Source: Minisyncoccota bacterium (GTDB taxonomy: Bacteria; Patescibacteriota; Minisyncoccia; UBA6257). From it: 43,767 bases of DNA. The stretch is from NCBI GenBank assembly GCA_028694995.1, contig JAQVJU010000003.1:1-43767 (forward strand), read 5' to 3'. The position numbers and the translations under genes are program-made. Positions within the stretch are counted from its first letter, which is position 1. Every line of letters begins with the position of its first letter. Shown here one piece after another: positions 20,496 through 30,794 of the stretch. The notes beneath the pieces were generated by a model that saw nothing but the letters and a program-made list of their open reading frames with translations, made no database searches and was not told where the DNA came from.

Positions 20496-21707
20496 TTAAA
20501 ACAAATCTTTAAATTTATCTACACAAGCATCTATATCAAAGTTATTAAAGGCGTATTGAAAACCATTATTGCCTAATTCTTGTAATTTGTTTTCTTTATA
20601 TATTTTTTCAATAATTTTTACAGCTTCTCCTAAATCATCTGATTTTAAAGCATAACCACACTGAGCTTCTTTAATAATCTCCCTTCCATCACTTTGTTTA
20701 TGCAAAAAAGAAATAACAGGAATAGCTGAAGCCATGTAGCCTATAAGTTTTGCTGGCACAGCTGGAGTTGTGTTTTTCTCTGTTAAGCAAATTATACCAA
20801 CATCACAATCTTTAACCAATAACGGATATTCTTCTAAAGAAACAAATGGTTTAAAAACAACATTCTTGAGGTTTAATTCTTTTGTTATTTTTATTAAATC
20901 TTCTTTTGTTGAACCATCACCAACAAAAAGAAAAACAATATCTTTGTATTCTTGTACTTTATCTGCGACTCTAATTAATAAATCTAAACCCTGAGAAGGA
21001 CCTAAGACCCCACCAAATAGAAAGATAAATTTATTTTCTAGGCCATATTCTTTCCTAAATTTATTGGTTCTTTTTAATTGCAAAAACGGCTTCATATCAA
21101 TCCAATGAGGAATCACTTGTATTTTTTCTAATAGAGCATTTCTTTTTTCTTTTAAGAATTTTTTATGACTATTAGAGGGAACAACAATTAAATCAGCGCC
21201 TTGATAAGCTTTTTTCTCCATTTTTTCAAAAAATTTGATTATCAGTTTGTTTTTCAAAATTCCTAAATCAATGGCATTTTGAGGAAAAATATCATGGAGA
21301 TTAAGAATATATTTTGCTTTATAAAAATTCTTTATCTTCAAAGCAGTAATCGCTAAAGGCAAAGGTGGACTATGAACAATTACAATATCAATTTTCTGTT
21401 TAATTGTTTTTTTTATTTTATTAAAAAAAAGATAAGGCATCATTAATTGAGCCAATCCTCTAATAACAAAATTTACCTTATGATGAGGTAAAGTTTTAAT
21501 TCTTAAAACCTTAATCCCATTTTCATCTTTAATCTCTGGCCAAACAGATCCTTCTGTATTAACTAAATTGTATTTTGGATAAGAAGTGGCTACCCAAATG
21601 TTATAACCTCTATGATTTAAACCATTAGCCAAATCTTTCATTAATTGCGCTGCAGAACGGATTTCTGGAGGATAAGAATCTGTGATAATTAAGATATTTT
21701 TCTTCAT
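20496..21707 (-). CDS. glycosyltransferase, GT-B fold (GT4, WcaI/WbuB-like)
   Basis: MKKNILIITDSYPPEIRSAAQLMKDLANGLNHRGYNIWV N-domain, with a C-terminal GT1-type domain (FVGDGS..., PAKLIGYMASAIPVI). Confidence 0.8.
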   Translation of the reverse strand: MKKNILIITDSYPPEIRSAAQLMKDLANGLNHRGYNIWVATSYPKYNLVNTEGSVWPEIKDENGIKVLRIKTLPHHKVNFVIRGLAQLMMPYLFFNKIKKTIKQKIDIVIVHSPPLPLAITALKIKNFYKAKYILNLHDIFPQNAIDLGILKNKLIIKFFEKMEKKAYQGADLIVVPSNSHKKFLKEKRNALLEKIQVIPHWIDMKPFLQLKRTNKFRKEYGLENKFIFLFGGVLGPSQGLDLLIRVADKVQEYKDIVFLFVGDGSTKEDLIKITKELNLKNVVFKPFVSLEEYPLLVKDCDVGIICLTEKNTTPAVPAKLIGYMASAIPVISFLHKQSDGREIIKEAQCGYALKSDDLGEAVKIIEKIYKENKLQELGNNGFQYAFNNFDIDACVDKFKDLF

Positions 21708-21722
21708 CTAAAAATGTTTTCA

Positions 21723-23348
21723 TTATTTAAAATAGCTCCAAAACTTTTCTTTGGCTTTTATGTATTGATCTCCCCATCCTTTTTGTCTTTGCAGTTTTTC
21801 TTCTAAATCCAGCATTAATTTTGTTGAAACCATAATAGATTTAAGAGAATCTCCTTGTTCATTATTAGCTATTCTTTTACCAATCTTAATATACATATCA
21901 CGATAACTATTAGTTTTATACATTTTTCTTTTCCTAATAATCCTTGTTTCATCTTCTGCTAGGTAAAAAATATTATCAGTTATCCTAATATTCTTACCAG
22001 GAACTTTTAATTCTACATGGTCTCTAGGCCCAACCCGAGTACTGCCTTTTTCACTAAAAACAGTAGTAAATACTGCCCCATTTTCTAATTCAATCCAAAC
22101 CTCTATAGCATTGTCTTGTAATAACTTAATATCAAAATCCTTAGGTTTACTAAAATCATTTAAATGCAAGAAATGATCAATTTGATGACACCCATTAGCA
22201 AAAAAAGTACTTCGGGAAATAGGCCAAGAATACCAAAAATACTTAGGCTGACTTATCTCATAGACAACAGAGTGATATGAGATAGGGTCACCAGAATTAA
22301 CTCCTAAATCTTTTTTTGCCCAATCATTAAATATAGAATACCTTTTATGAAAACCAATAAAAATCTTAGGTCCAAATTGCTTTATTGCCTTTTCAATTTC
22401 TTCTAATTCTTCATAATCCATCGCTACTGGTTTCTCTACCACAGCATAAGCGCCTTGCTTTAAAGCATTTAATGTTATTGGGGCATGAGTATGATTATAG
22501 CTGGCAACAAAATAAACATCATATTTTTCATTGTCTCTTGGAAAAGGACTTGAATCCCATTTTTGAGCACTTTTTTGCCAAATTTGTGTGGGATCAATTT
22601 CATGAATAGTTGTAATATTAACAAAAGGCTTCATAAAACTAATAATATTAGTTTTAGCATAATTACCAAAACCAAAAAGAACTCCGGTTTTACGAGAATC
22701 TAGTTTCTTAACCTCACCTTTTGTTTCTTTAATTATCGTTGGGATTTGGGTATTAATTTTCTCACAATTATTCCAATTGGTATTTTTAATTTCCTGAATT
22801 AACCCTTGTTCTAATCTTTTTTTTAATTCTTGAGAAATATCTCTGCCCGAATATATGCTCCAGCTAATAACATCCTGCCACCAATGATTTGATTCACTTC
22901 TTTGATTTAAAGAACATAATAGAATTTCCTTTGATGATAATTGAGGTAAAATATCTTTATTAATATTAAAAATAAACTCCTGAGGTAGAGTTAAACGTTC
23001 AACTAAATGAGGATGAAATGGCGCAATAAAAGCTATGATATCATTATTTTTAAATTCTGAATTATCCCCTGTTTCAATAATTTTACCTATGCCGCAAGAA
23101 ACATATTTATCATTTCTCCTTTGTTCACGAAATCTAGACCAAGCTTTTGTAAATAATCCATAAAAACCAACAACTGGCAAATACCTTAAAGCCATTTTTA
23201 AACTCTTAGGTCTGATATAGTAGGCACCTTCTATTTTTTCCAAATTCTTCCAAGCTAAAACCTGAATTCTATATTCTTTCTTGCTACAATAATAATCTAA
23301 AAAACCGTTTTGCCATTTTTTACCTGTATGTATTTTCATAAATATCAA
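21723..23348 (-). CDS. Gfo/Idh/MocA-family sugar oxidoreductase with unrecognised ~215-aa N-terminal extension
   Basis: Residues ~220-360 form a Rossmann domain with GVLFGFGNYAKTN ... LNALKQGAYAVVEKPVA (EKP motif). The N-terminal third matches no family I recognise. Confidence 0.65.
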   Translation of the reverse strand: MIFMKIHTGKKWQNGFLDYYCSKKEYRIQVLAWKNLEKIEGAYYIRPKSLKMALRYLPVVGFYGLFTKAWSRFREQRRNDKYVSCGIGKIIETGDNSEFKNNDIIAFIAPFHPHLVERLTLPQEFIFNINKDILPQLSSKEILLCSLNQRSESNHWWQDVISWSIYSGRDISQELKKRLEQGLIQEIKNTNWNNCEKINTQIPTIIKETKGEVKKLDSRKTGVLFGFGNYAKTNIISFMKPFVNITTIHEIDPTQIWQKSAQKWDSSPFPRDNEKYDVYFVASYNHTHAPITLNALKQGAYAVVEKPVAMDYEELEEIEKAIKQFGPKIFIGFHKRYSIFNDWAKKDLGVNSGDPISYHSVVYEISQPKYFWYSWPISRSTFFANGCHQIDHFLHLNDFSKPKDFDIKLLQDNAIEVWIELENGAVFTTVFSEKGSTRVGPRDHVELKVPGKNIRITDNIFYLAEDETRIIRKRKMYKTNSYRDMYIKIGKRIANNEQGDSLKSIMVSTKLMLDLEEKLQRQKGWGDQYIKAKEKFWSYFK

Positions 23349-23415
23349 TGATTAGAATTATAATATTCTATACAATACTTTAAACACAACATCTATCAAT
23401 TTATTACTGATTTTT

Positions 23416-24384
23416 TTATTTTTGTTTTTTATAAAATTCAATCGTTTTCTTGATTCCTCTTTCAAAAATATACTTGGGTTTCCACCCCAATTCTTTGTAG
23501 ATTTTGCTTGTATCTAGGGCATAACGGAAATCATGTCCTGGCCTATCAGAAACATATTCTATATAACTCTCATCTTTGTGAAGTAATTTTAATAAAATTT
23601 TGGTAACTTCTATATTGGTTTTTTCACATTGCCCTCCAATGTTATAAACTTCACCTGATTTTCCCTTGTGGAACACTAAATCTATAGCCTCTATATTATC
23701 TTCTATATAAATCCAATCTCTAATATTTTCACCTTTGCCATACAAAGGTACTTTTTTATTATCCAGTAAGTTTGTAATAAATTTAGGAATAAATTTCGTT
23801 TTGTCTTGATGTGGTCCATAATTATTAGAACTCCTCGTTATTATTGTCTCTAAGTTGAAAGTTTTATGATAAGCACTAACTAACAAATCAGCTGCTGCCT
23901 TAGAGGCACTGTAAGGATTGTTTGGGTTTAAATTATCACTTTCTTTAAACTTACCTTTTTTGCCATAGAGTTGACCATACACCTCATCTGTAGAAATTTG
24001 ATGAAAACGATTTATAGAATATGCCTTAGCCAATATTAATAAGTTATGTGTGCCATTTATATTAGTTTCTACAAAAATTAATGGATTAATAATACTAAAA
24101 TCCACATGCACCTCAGCGGCAAAATGTATAATATCGGTTGGATGATATTTATTGAATACTTTTTCCAATTTTTTAATGTCCCTAATATCAACTTTTTCAA
24201 ATTGATAGTTTTTATTCTTATTCACTTTAATATTATCTAAATTAGCAGCATAATTAAGAATATCTAGGTTAATAAAAAAATAATTTTTATATTTTGGAAC
24301 AAACCTATTTAAAAAATTACTTCCGATAGATCCCGCACCTCCAGTTACCAAAATAATTTTTTTATACTTCATAAAATTTCGCAA
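23416..24384 (-). CDS. rfbB: dTDP-glucose 4,6-dehydratase
   Basis: ILVTGGAGSIGSNF, the catalytic YSASKAAADLL (YxxxK), and the DRPGHDFRYALD tail. The start is possibly MKYKK (24372). Confidence 0.9.
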   Translation of the reverse strand: MRNFMKYKKIILVTGGAGSIGSNFLNRFVPKYKNYFFINLDILNYAANLDNIKVNKNKNYQFEKVDIRDIKKLEKVFNKYHPTDIIHFAAEVHVDFSIINPLIFVETNINGTHNLLILAKAYSINRFHQISTDEVYGQLYGKKGKFKESDNLNPNNPYSASKAAADLLVSAYHKTFNLETIITRSSNNYGPHQDKTKFIPKFITNLLDNKKVPLYGKGENIRDWIYIEDNIEAIDLVFHKGKSGEVYNIGGQCEKTNIEVTKILLKLLHKDESYIEYVSDRPGHDFRYALDTSKIYKELGWKPKYIFERGIKKTIEFYKKQK

Positions 24385-25456
24385 TTTTTTGAGAAATATA
24401 AGCTATATCTTTGCTTTCTAAGAATGGATGAATGGGCAAAGATAAAACTTTTTTAGATTTTTTCTCCGTTATAGGAAAATCCAGATGATTAAACCCTGAA
24501 AAACATTTTTGTTTATGAATGGGTATTGGGTAATAAATAAAAGTCGGGATTTTATTTTTTGCCAAAAAACTTATTAAATCTTGCCTTCTTTCTACTTCTA
24601 TAGTAAAGGCATGAAAAATATGATCTGCATGTATTCTGATTTCTGGTAATTTAATCTCTTTAATGTTCTTTAATTTTAAAGAATAAATTTTGGCTAAATT
24701 TTTTCTTATTAAATTAAATTTGTTAAGATATTTTAAATCTACTGAAAGAATGGCTGCATGTATTTCATCTAATCTACTATTTAAACCACATAATTCATGT
24801 TCGTAGCGATTTTTTTGACCATAATTTCTTATCATTTTGCATTTTTCATATAATTTTTTATTATTTGTAACTATCGCTCCTCCGTCTCCAAAGGTACCTA
24901 AATTTTTAGTCGGATAAAAACTAAAACAACCAATATCACCAAAGGTACCTGCTTTTTTATCTTTATATCTTGCACCATGAGCTTGTGCTGCGTCTTCGAC
25001 TAGGAAAAGATTATGTCTCTTAGCTATTTTTTTTATTTTTTCCATTTCTGCCATTTGCCCAAATAAATGCACTGGTAAAATAGCTTTTGTGCGTGAAGTA
25101 ATTTTTTCTTCTATTTTATCAGCATCTATATGAAAATAATTATCTATATCAACAAAAACAGGTATAGCTCCTACCATTTTAATGGCTAATGTACTAGCTG
25201 CCATTGAATAAGGGGTGGTAATAACTTCATCTCCTTCTTTTATATTTAAAGCCATTAAAGCTATCTGCAAAGCCTCTAAACCATTACCCACTCCAGCGCA
25301 ATATTTAGCTCCTAAATATTGGGCAAATTTTTTTTCAAAACCTTCTGTTTCTTTCTCTAATATATATCTACCAGATCTCAAAACTTTTTTACAAGCATTA
25401 TCTATTTCTTTTTGCAAATAAAGATATTTTTTTTTCAAATCATTAAATAAAATCAT
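24362..25456 (-). CDS. DegT/DnrJ/EryC1/StrS-family PLP-dependent sugar aminotransferase
   Basis: LVEDAAQAHGA and the FSFYPTKNLGTFGDGGAIV (PLP-Lys) motifs. 364 aa. Confidence 0.9.
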   Translation of the reverse strand: MILFNDLKKKYLYLQKEIDNACKKVLRSGRYILEKETEGFEKKFAQYLGAKYCAGVGNGLEALQIALMALNIKEGDEVITTPYSMAASTLAIKMVGAIPVFVDIDNYFHIDADKIEEKITSRTKAILPVHLFGQMAEMEKIKKIAKRHNLFLVEDAAQAHGARYKDKKAGTFGDIGCFSFYPTKNLGTFGDGGAIVTNNKKLYEKCKMIRNYGQKNRYEHELCGLNSRLDEIHAAILSVDLKYLNKFNLIRKNLAKIYSLKLKNIKEIKLPEIRIHADHIFHAFTIEVERRQDLISFLAKNKIPTFIYYPIPIHKQKCFSGFNHLDFPITEKKSKKVLSLPIHPFLESKDIAYISQKIAKFYEV

Positions 25457-25900
25457 TTATTTATTAATTAATTTTTTAAAATTAGTATAATCCCTGATCA
25501 TATCAGCTTCGTTATATAAACTAGAAGCTAATGCTAGTAAAATCGTATTCTTTTTAAAATCATACATTTTATGCCAAAGTAATCTTCCTAAAAAAATACC
25601 AATGTTGGGTTTATTCAAGATAACATTATCTTTATTGTACCCATCATCCAGTTCTATCTTTATTGATCCTTGGATGCAAAACAAAACTAATTCGGTCTTC
25701 TTACGAGCATGTGCCCCCCTAAGTCTTTTTGGAGAAACTTTATAAATCCAAAAAACTCTTTTTATCAGAAAAGGAATTTGCTTCATTGCCTCACAAAAAA
25801 ATAACGTCCCTCGACTGCCTTCATCCACAGAAGAAATGGGAATTAAAAAACTGTTTTTAGTTTTTAGCTTTTTTTTTGTTTTATTTATATTTATTGCCAT
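25457..25900 (-). CDS. WxcM/FdtA/QdtA-like sugar 3,4-ketoisomerase (cupin)
   Basis: DEGSRGTLFFCE...IPFLIKRVFWIYKV...LRGAHARKKTELVLFCIQGS. The 147-aa size and the position between rmlA and the aminotransferase fit this family. Confidence 0.8.
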   Translation of the reverse strand: MAININKTKKKLKTKNSFLIPISSVDEGSRGTLFFCEAMKQIPFLIKRVFWIYKVSPKRLRGAHARKKTELVLFCIQGSIKIELDDGYNKDNVILNKPNIGIFLGRLLWHKMYDFKKNTILLALASSLYNEADMIRDYTNFKKLINK

Positions 25901-26612
25901 AAAATTTAGAAGCTTCTAATAAATCTTTAAAGTCACCAACATCAAACCACTTCTTTGTTAATTCTACTGCCTGAAGGCTTTTCTCCTTAATATATAAATT
26001 ATTGATATAGGTTATTTCAAATTCCCCTCTTGGAGACATGGGCTGCCCTATCATTTTTTTAAAAACAGTATTGTCATAAACATAAAGCCCGATAACTGCT
26101 AAATTGGATTTTGGATTTTGAGGCTTCTCCTTTATGTCTATTATCATATTATTTTTATCTATAGTTGCTATTCCAAATCTTTTTGGATCTGGCACCCGCT
26201 TCAAGAAAACAATAGCTCCTTCTTTAAAATTTTTAATATGTTTACTAATATTATCTTCAAAAATATTATCTCCTAAATACAAAACACAATTATCATTTCC
26301 GATATAATCCTTGGCAATCCATAAACCATCTGCAGTTCCTGATGGTTTATTCTGAATACCATAAACAATTTGAATTTGCCTGCCAGTATTTATAGAAATG
26401 AAATCTTGGCCTGAGCCTAATAAATCAACAAAACCTTCCAAATGGTGAGGGGAAGTAATTATTATTATTTTGTCTATCCCAGCTTGAACTAATTTCTCAA
26501 TTCCGTAATAAATAACTGGTTTATTATAAACTGGCATTAAGTGCTTATTTATGGCTTTGGTTACGGGATGCATCCTTGTCCCAAAACCCCCTGCTAAAAT
26601 TACTCCTTTCAT
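25881..26612 (-). CDS. rfbA: glucose-1-phosphate thymidylyltransferase-like sugar nucleotidyltransferase
   Basis: MKGVILAGGFGTRMHPVTKAINKHLMPVYNKPVIYY (G-x-G-T-R-x motif). 243 aa. Confidence 0.85.
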   Translation of the reverse strand: MKGVILAGGFGTRMHPVTKAINKHLMPVYNKPVIYYGIEKLVQAGIDKIIIITSPHHLEGFVDLLGSGQDFISINTGRQIQIVYGIQNKPSGTADGLWIAKDYIGNDNCVLYLGDNIFEDNISKHIKNFKEGAIVFLKRVPDPKRFGIATIDKNNMIIDIKEKPQNPKSNLAVIGLYVYDNTVFKKMIGQPMSPRGEFEITYINNLYIKEKSLQAVELTKKWFDVGDFKDLLEASKFYGNKYK

Positions 26613-27618
26613 ATATCTTATTTTTTTCTAATTTTAACCTTAAACGATAAAAACTATATAAGGTTTTTTTCATTAAATATAAGGTTTTTTGTTTAAAACT
26701 TTTCTTTATTATACCATAATTAAAATCAGGTTCAATTTCTTTAACCTCTTTCATAATATTCTTGATTTCGTTAATATAGGGAAAATAAATCAATTCACGA
26801 ACCTTTTTAGTTATTTTATAAGCACCATCTGCCAGGGTAAAATTATTTTTTTCATTAATTTCAAAGCTATGAAAATGATAAAATATTAATACAGAGTCTT
26901 CTATATGAATTGTATTATTTTTCAAAAAAATTGGATATTGAGATATATTAAATGGAGCTAGACAAAGCTTTTCGTTTTTAAGAACTTGAACATTTTTAAA
27001 CTTTAGAGGCCAATTTTCCAAATATATTTGATCCCCTCCTTGCATATTTTGTTTTTTCTTTTGCATGAAATGAAATAAATTTCTACTCCTACTACGACAC
27101 CAATTAATTGTTTTTTTACGCCACCAATTTAAAGCTTTTAAAGAATCCTCATTATTTCTAAATATATTAAATTGAACACTATATTTTCCATAAACAGACA
27201 ACCTTTTGTATTCTGGTGCAAGATTATTTTTTGTTATAAATATAGAACTGTTATTAAATTCATCAAAAAAAGGCTTAGGATCATTAAAGAAATATAAATC
27301 AGCGTCTAAATAGGTCATTATTTCTAACTCAGGATATTTTTTAAAAAGGAACAAAATCAATGAGGCAGTACAAGTCCAGCAATATTCAGCCCAAGTTCTA
27401 TTTTTTTTAGCTTCCAAAAGATCTTCATCTTCAAATTCTTTTAAAGTAATTAATTGAATTTTTTCTAAAGCCATTCTTTTTAGTAAGTTATATGTTATAT
27501 CATCCATACATAAAATAAATAACTTAAAATCATCACAATTACGCTTTAGAGAATTATATAAAGCCAAGCCTTTATAGAAATAATTTTTGTCAAAAAGTGT
27601 GCAGAAATTATACAACAT
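26545..27618 (-). CDS. putative GT-A-type glycosyltransferase (nucleotide-diphospho-sugar transferase fold)
   Basis: FCTLFDKNYFYKGLALYNSLKRN ... LFILCMDD ... YLDADLYFF (DxD). The C-terminal 68 nt overlap rfbA. Confidence 0.5.
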   Translation of the reverse strand: MLYNFCTLFDKNYFYKGLALYNSLKRNCDDFKLFILCMDDITYNLLKRMALEKIQLITLKEFEDEDLLEAKKNRTWAEYCWTCTASLILFLFKKYPELEIMTYLDADLYFFNDPKPFFDEFNNSSIFITKNNLAPEYKRLSVYGKYSVQFNIFRNNEDSLKALNWWRKKTINWCRSRSRNLFHFMQKKKQNMQGGDQIYLENWPLKFKNVQVLKNEKLCLAPFNISQYPIFLKNNTIHIEDSVLIFYHFHSFEINEKNNFTLADGAYKITKKVRELIYFPYINEIKNIMKEVKEIEPDFNYGIIKKSFKQKTLYLMKKTLYSFYRLRLKLEKNKIYERSNFSRGFWDKDASRNQSHK

Positions 27619-27627
27619 AATTGAAAA

Positions 27628-28761
27628 TTAAAAATTTATAGCCAAGAGAATACTTTTTCCGCTTTGTTCAATATTAAAGTTTTCTACCATCCATTTGCTT
27701 ATCTGTTCTTTTTTTTGTCTCAGTAATAAAATATTTGTTTTACATTTTTGGATGTTTTTAGCTATTTCTTCAATATTATTTGGATCAAAAATCATCCCAT
27801 TATCTTTACTGATTAAATCATAAGTTGCCCCCGCATATTTAGAACATAATACATAAAGCCCACTTGCCAACGCCTCGTTAACAACCAACCCCCAAACTTC
27901 TTCTAAAGAAGGCAAAATAAAAACATCTGCTAAAGCATAGTATTTTGGCAATTCATCTTGTTGACGAAATCCTTCAAAAATCACATTTTTTAGGTTGTTT
28001 TTTGTACAAAAGTTTTTTAAATTCTCTTTTTCTGGGCCGCTTCCCACAATTATAAAATTAATATCTGAATCATTTAAAACATTCAAAGCCTTTAATACTT
28101 CTTCAGCTCCTTTTCTTTTAATTAATTGACCCACATATAAGATAGTCATTTTGGTAGATTGTTGTTTTTCTTGTAAAAATTCTGGCAAGGACTTGAATTC
28201 TTTAACTTTATCCTTAAAATAACTTACATCAACCGTATTGATACTAATAAAAATATTTTCTGGTTTCGCTCCAAAATATTCTAAATATTCTTTCGCTTTT
28301 GTCCCATAGGCTATAAATCTATCTGCTCTTCTTATAATAAATTTCTTTAGAAATCCTTTAAATCCTTGTGGGTTTCCTGTGCTGAAAAGCGTTGTTCCGT
28401 TCCAAAGAATACATTTTTTTCTTAAAATTTTACAGTAAAAAAACGCCTGCCAATAAGCTAAAGTATCATAACCGGAAATTATTACTATATCTGGATTATT
28501 TTTTATAAGTGACAATATAACGCCAAAATTTATATGGATTGATTTTTCTTTTTTCTTTCCGTAAAAAAAGAAATTAAAACCTGGGATAATCTTGTAATTA
28601 AATTTAATTTCTCTTTTGCTCAACTTCCATTCTCTATTTTTTTCTTTTTCTGCCAAAGCTAAAACTTTAAGATTAAAATTTCCTCTCTGGCTAATATAAT
28701 TTAAAAGAGGAATTGTATAAGGCGTAATAATATTTGTTAATAAAATAACTTTTTTTTTCAT
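27628..28761 (-). CDS. glycosyltransferase family 4 (GT-B)
   Basis: ILYVGQLIKRKG...FIIVGSGPE...ADVFILPSLEEVWGLVVNEALASGLYVLCS (E-x7-E region). Confidence 0.85.
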   Translation of the reverse strand: MKKKVILLTNIITPYTIPLLNYISQRGNFNLKVLALAEKEKNREWKLSKREIKFNYKIIPGFNFFFYGKKKEKSIHINFGVILSLIKNNPDIVIISGYDTLAYWQAFFYCKILRKKCILWNGTTLFSTGNPQGFKGFLKKFIIRRADRFIAYGTKAKEYLEYFGAKPENIFISINTVDVSYFKDKVKEFKSLPEFLQEKQQSTKMTILYVGQLIKRKGAEEVLKALNVLNDSDINFIIVGSGPEKENLKNFCTKNNLKNVIFEGFRQQDELPKYYALADVFILPSLEEVWGLVVNEALASGLYVLCSKYAGATYDLISKDNGMIFDPNNIEEIAKNIQKCKTNILLLRQKKEQISKWMVENFNIEQSGKSILLAINF

Positions 28762-28770
28762 TTTTGTTTA

Positions 28771-30090
28771 TTATTTTCTACCTATTCCCTCATAATAAAA
28801 TCCCAATTTTTTAATATTTTCTGGGTTTAATTGATTTCTGCCATCTAGAATATAATATTGACGCATTGATTTCTTTACTCTTTGCATATTAATTTTAGAA
28901 AATTCAGACCAATCAGTAATCAAAATTAAAATATCAGCATTTTTTGCTGCTTCATAGGCATTTTTACTATATTTTATATTTTTAAAAGGAATTTCTTTCT
29001 TTGCATTTTCTATGGCAATAGGATCATATGCTTGAATTTTATAATTAATATTTTTCTGAAGCTCTTTTATAATAGCTATGGCTGGAGATTTTCTAACATC
29101 ATCAGTATTTGGCTTAAAAGAAAGACCCCAAACCCCTATTCTATTACCTTTTATTTTATTTAAAATCTTTTTAATTTTTCTCACAAATCTTTCTTGCTGT
29201 TTTTGATTGACTAACATTACCGCCTTAATAATATTAAAATTATATTTATATTCCTTTCCTATTGAATCCAATCCTCTAACATCCTTTGGAAAACAAGAGC
29301 CTCCATAACCAATGCCAGCATTTAGGAATTTTGGTCCAATTCTTTTATCAAGACCAATTCCTTCTGCTACTTTAACAACATCTCCATTTATTTTTTCACA
29401 AAGATTTGCTATTTCGTTAATAAAAGAAATTTTTGTAGCTAAGAAAGCATTGGCTGCATATTTTATTAATTCAGCACTTTTAATATCAACTACTAACAGA
29501 GGTGCTTCTATTTTTGAATAAATCTCCAACATTATCTTTTTGCTCTTATTATCCTCTGCTCCGATAATAATCCTGTCTGGTTTTAAAAAATCTTTTAAAG
29601 CTGATCCTTCTCTTAAAAATTCAGGGTTAGACACTACAGAAAAATTACCTTGGTAATATTTTTTTATTTCTTTTTGTACCCATTCTCCAGTTCCGACAGG
29701 GACCGTGCTTTTATTAACTATAATTTTATATTCTTCTATCTGTGTTGCAATTTCCCTTATGGCTGCTTTGAAATATTTCATATCAATTTCACCTCTTTTT
29801 CCAGTAGGGGTATTAACTGCAATAAAAATAATTCCTGATTCTTCAATGGCTTTTTTAGAGTCTGTGGTAAATAAAATATTTTTCCTGTGTTTTTTTAAAA
29901 TCTTATCTAATCCTGGTTCATATATAGGAATTTGACCATTATTTAAAAGAGCTATTTTATTTTTATCTTTATCAACACAGATAATATTATGACCTAAAGA
30001 AGCAAAACAAACACCGGTTATCAACCCTACATAACCAGTACCAATAATTGCAATATCCCTTTTTTTAGCTTTTTTGTTAATCCCACTCAT
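28771..30090 (-). CDS. ugd: UDP-glucose 6-dehydrogenase (nucleotide-sugar dehydrogenase family)
   Basis: IAIIGTGYVGLITGVCFASLGHNIICVD, NPEFLREGSA and catalytic GGSCFPKD. 439 aa. Confidence 0.88.
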   Translation of the reverse strand: MSGINKKAKKRDIAIIGTGYVGLITGVCFASLGHNIICVDKDKNKIALLNNGQIPIYEPGLDKILKKHRKNILFTTDSKKAIEESGIIFIAVNTPTGKRGEIDMKYFKAAIREIATQIEEYKIIVNKSTVPVGTGEWVQKEIKKYYQGNFSVVSNPEFLREGSALKDFLKPDRIIIGAEDNKSKKIMLEIYSKIEAPLLVVDIKSAELIKYAANAFLATKISFINEIANLCEKINGDVVKVAEGIGLDKRIGPKFLNAGIGYGGSCFPKDVRGLDSIGKEYKYNFNIIKAVMLVNQKQQERFVRKIKKILNKIKGNRIGVWGLSFKPNTDDVRKSPAIAIIKELQKNINYKIQAYDPIAIENAKKEIPFKNIKYSKNAYEAAKNADILILITDWSEFSKINMQRVKKSMRQYYILDGRNQLNPENIKKLGFYYEGIGRK

Positions 30091-30752
30091 TTTATATTTC
30101 TGGCTTTAAGAATTATATCTCCACATAACAAAGATGGCCACCAACTTCTTAGTTTCGCAAATAAACCCGAATTTGACATCTTTTCTATCTTAAAACCATT
30201 TAATTCTAATAACCACTTTATGGTACTGTGAGTAAAATAGTGTAATACCCCTCTGTCCCAGCCTAGATTTTCCCAATTTTCAAAATTATAAGGAGCACTC
30301 GTCATGGGCAATTGCCCTAAAAGCAATCTAATCCTGTGCTTAATATAAGCCAAATTACCCACATGAATTATTAAAACTCCATCTTTTTTTATTATTCTTT
30401 TTACCTCTTTCATAACAGCAAATGGATTATTAAGATTAGATATCACACCTATTATGGTTACACAGTCAAAAAAATTATCCTCAAAATCCATTTTCTTATT
30501 TGCATCTACTACAGAAAATTCACATTGATCGCTACAAGAATTTTTTAAGGCAAAGTCTTGAGCTTTTTTTATATTATTAGCATCTATATCTATTCCATAA
30601 AGTTTATTAAATTTCTCTCTAGCTTTAAATATTAACAAACTATCTGCGCAGCCAACATCAAGTAAATTATTGCCTTTTTCCAAAAAAGAAACTGCTACAT
30701 CTATGCGATGAGTTTCATATTTTTTTAAAAATTTTCTAAGAGATAATTTCAT
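30087..30752 (-). CDS. class I SAM-dependent methyltransferase
   Basis: LLDVGCADSLL (motif I), LYGIDID, and FDCVTIIGVISNL ... VKRIIKKDGVLII. Its stop overlaps the ugd start (ATGA). Confidence 0.75.
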   Translation of the reverse strand: MKLSLRKFLKKYETHRIDVAVSFLEKGNNLLDVGCADSLLIFKAREKFNKLYGIDIDANNIKKAQDFALKNSCSDQCEFSVVDANKKMDFEDNFFDCVTIIGVISNLNNPFAVMKEVKRIIKKDGVLIIHVGNLAYIKHRIRLLLGQLPMTSAPYNFENWENLGWDRGVLHYFTHSTIKWLLELNGFKIEKMSNSGLFAKLRSWWPSLLCGDIILKARNIK

Positions 30753-30794
30753 ATATAATTATTATTTAAATTAATTTTTAACAATAGATCAGAC

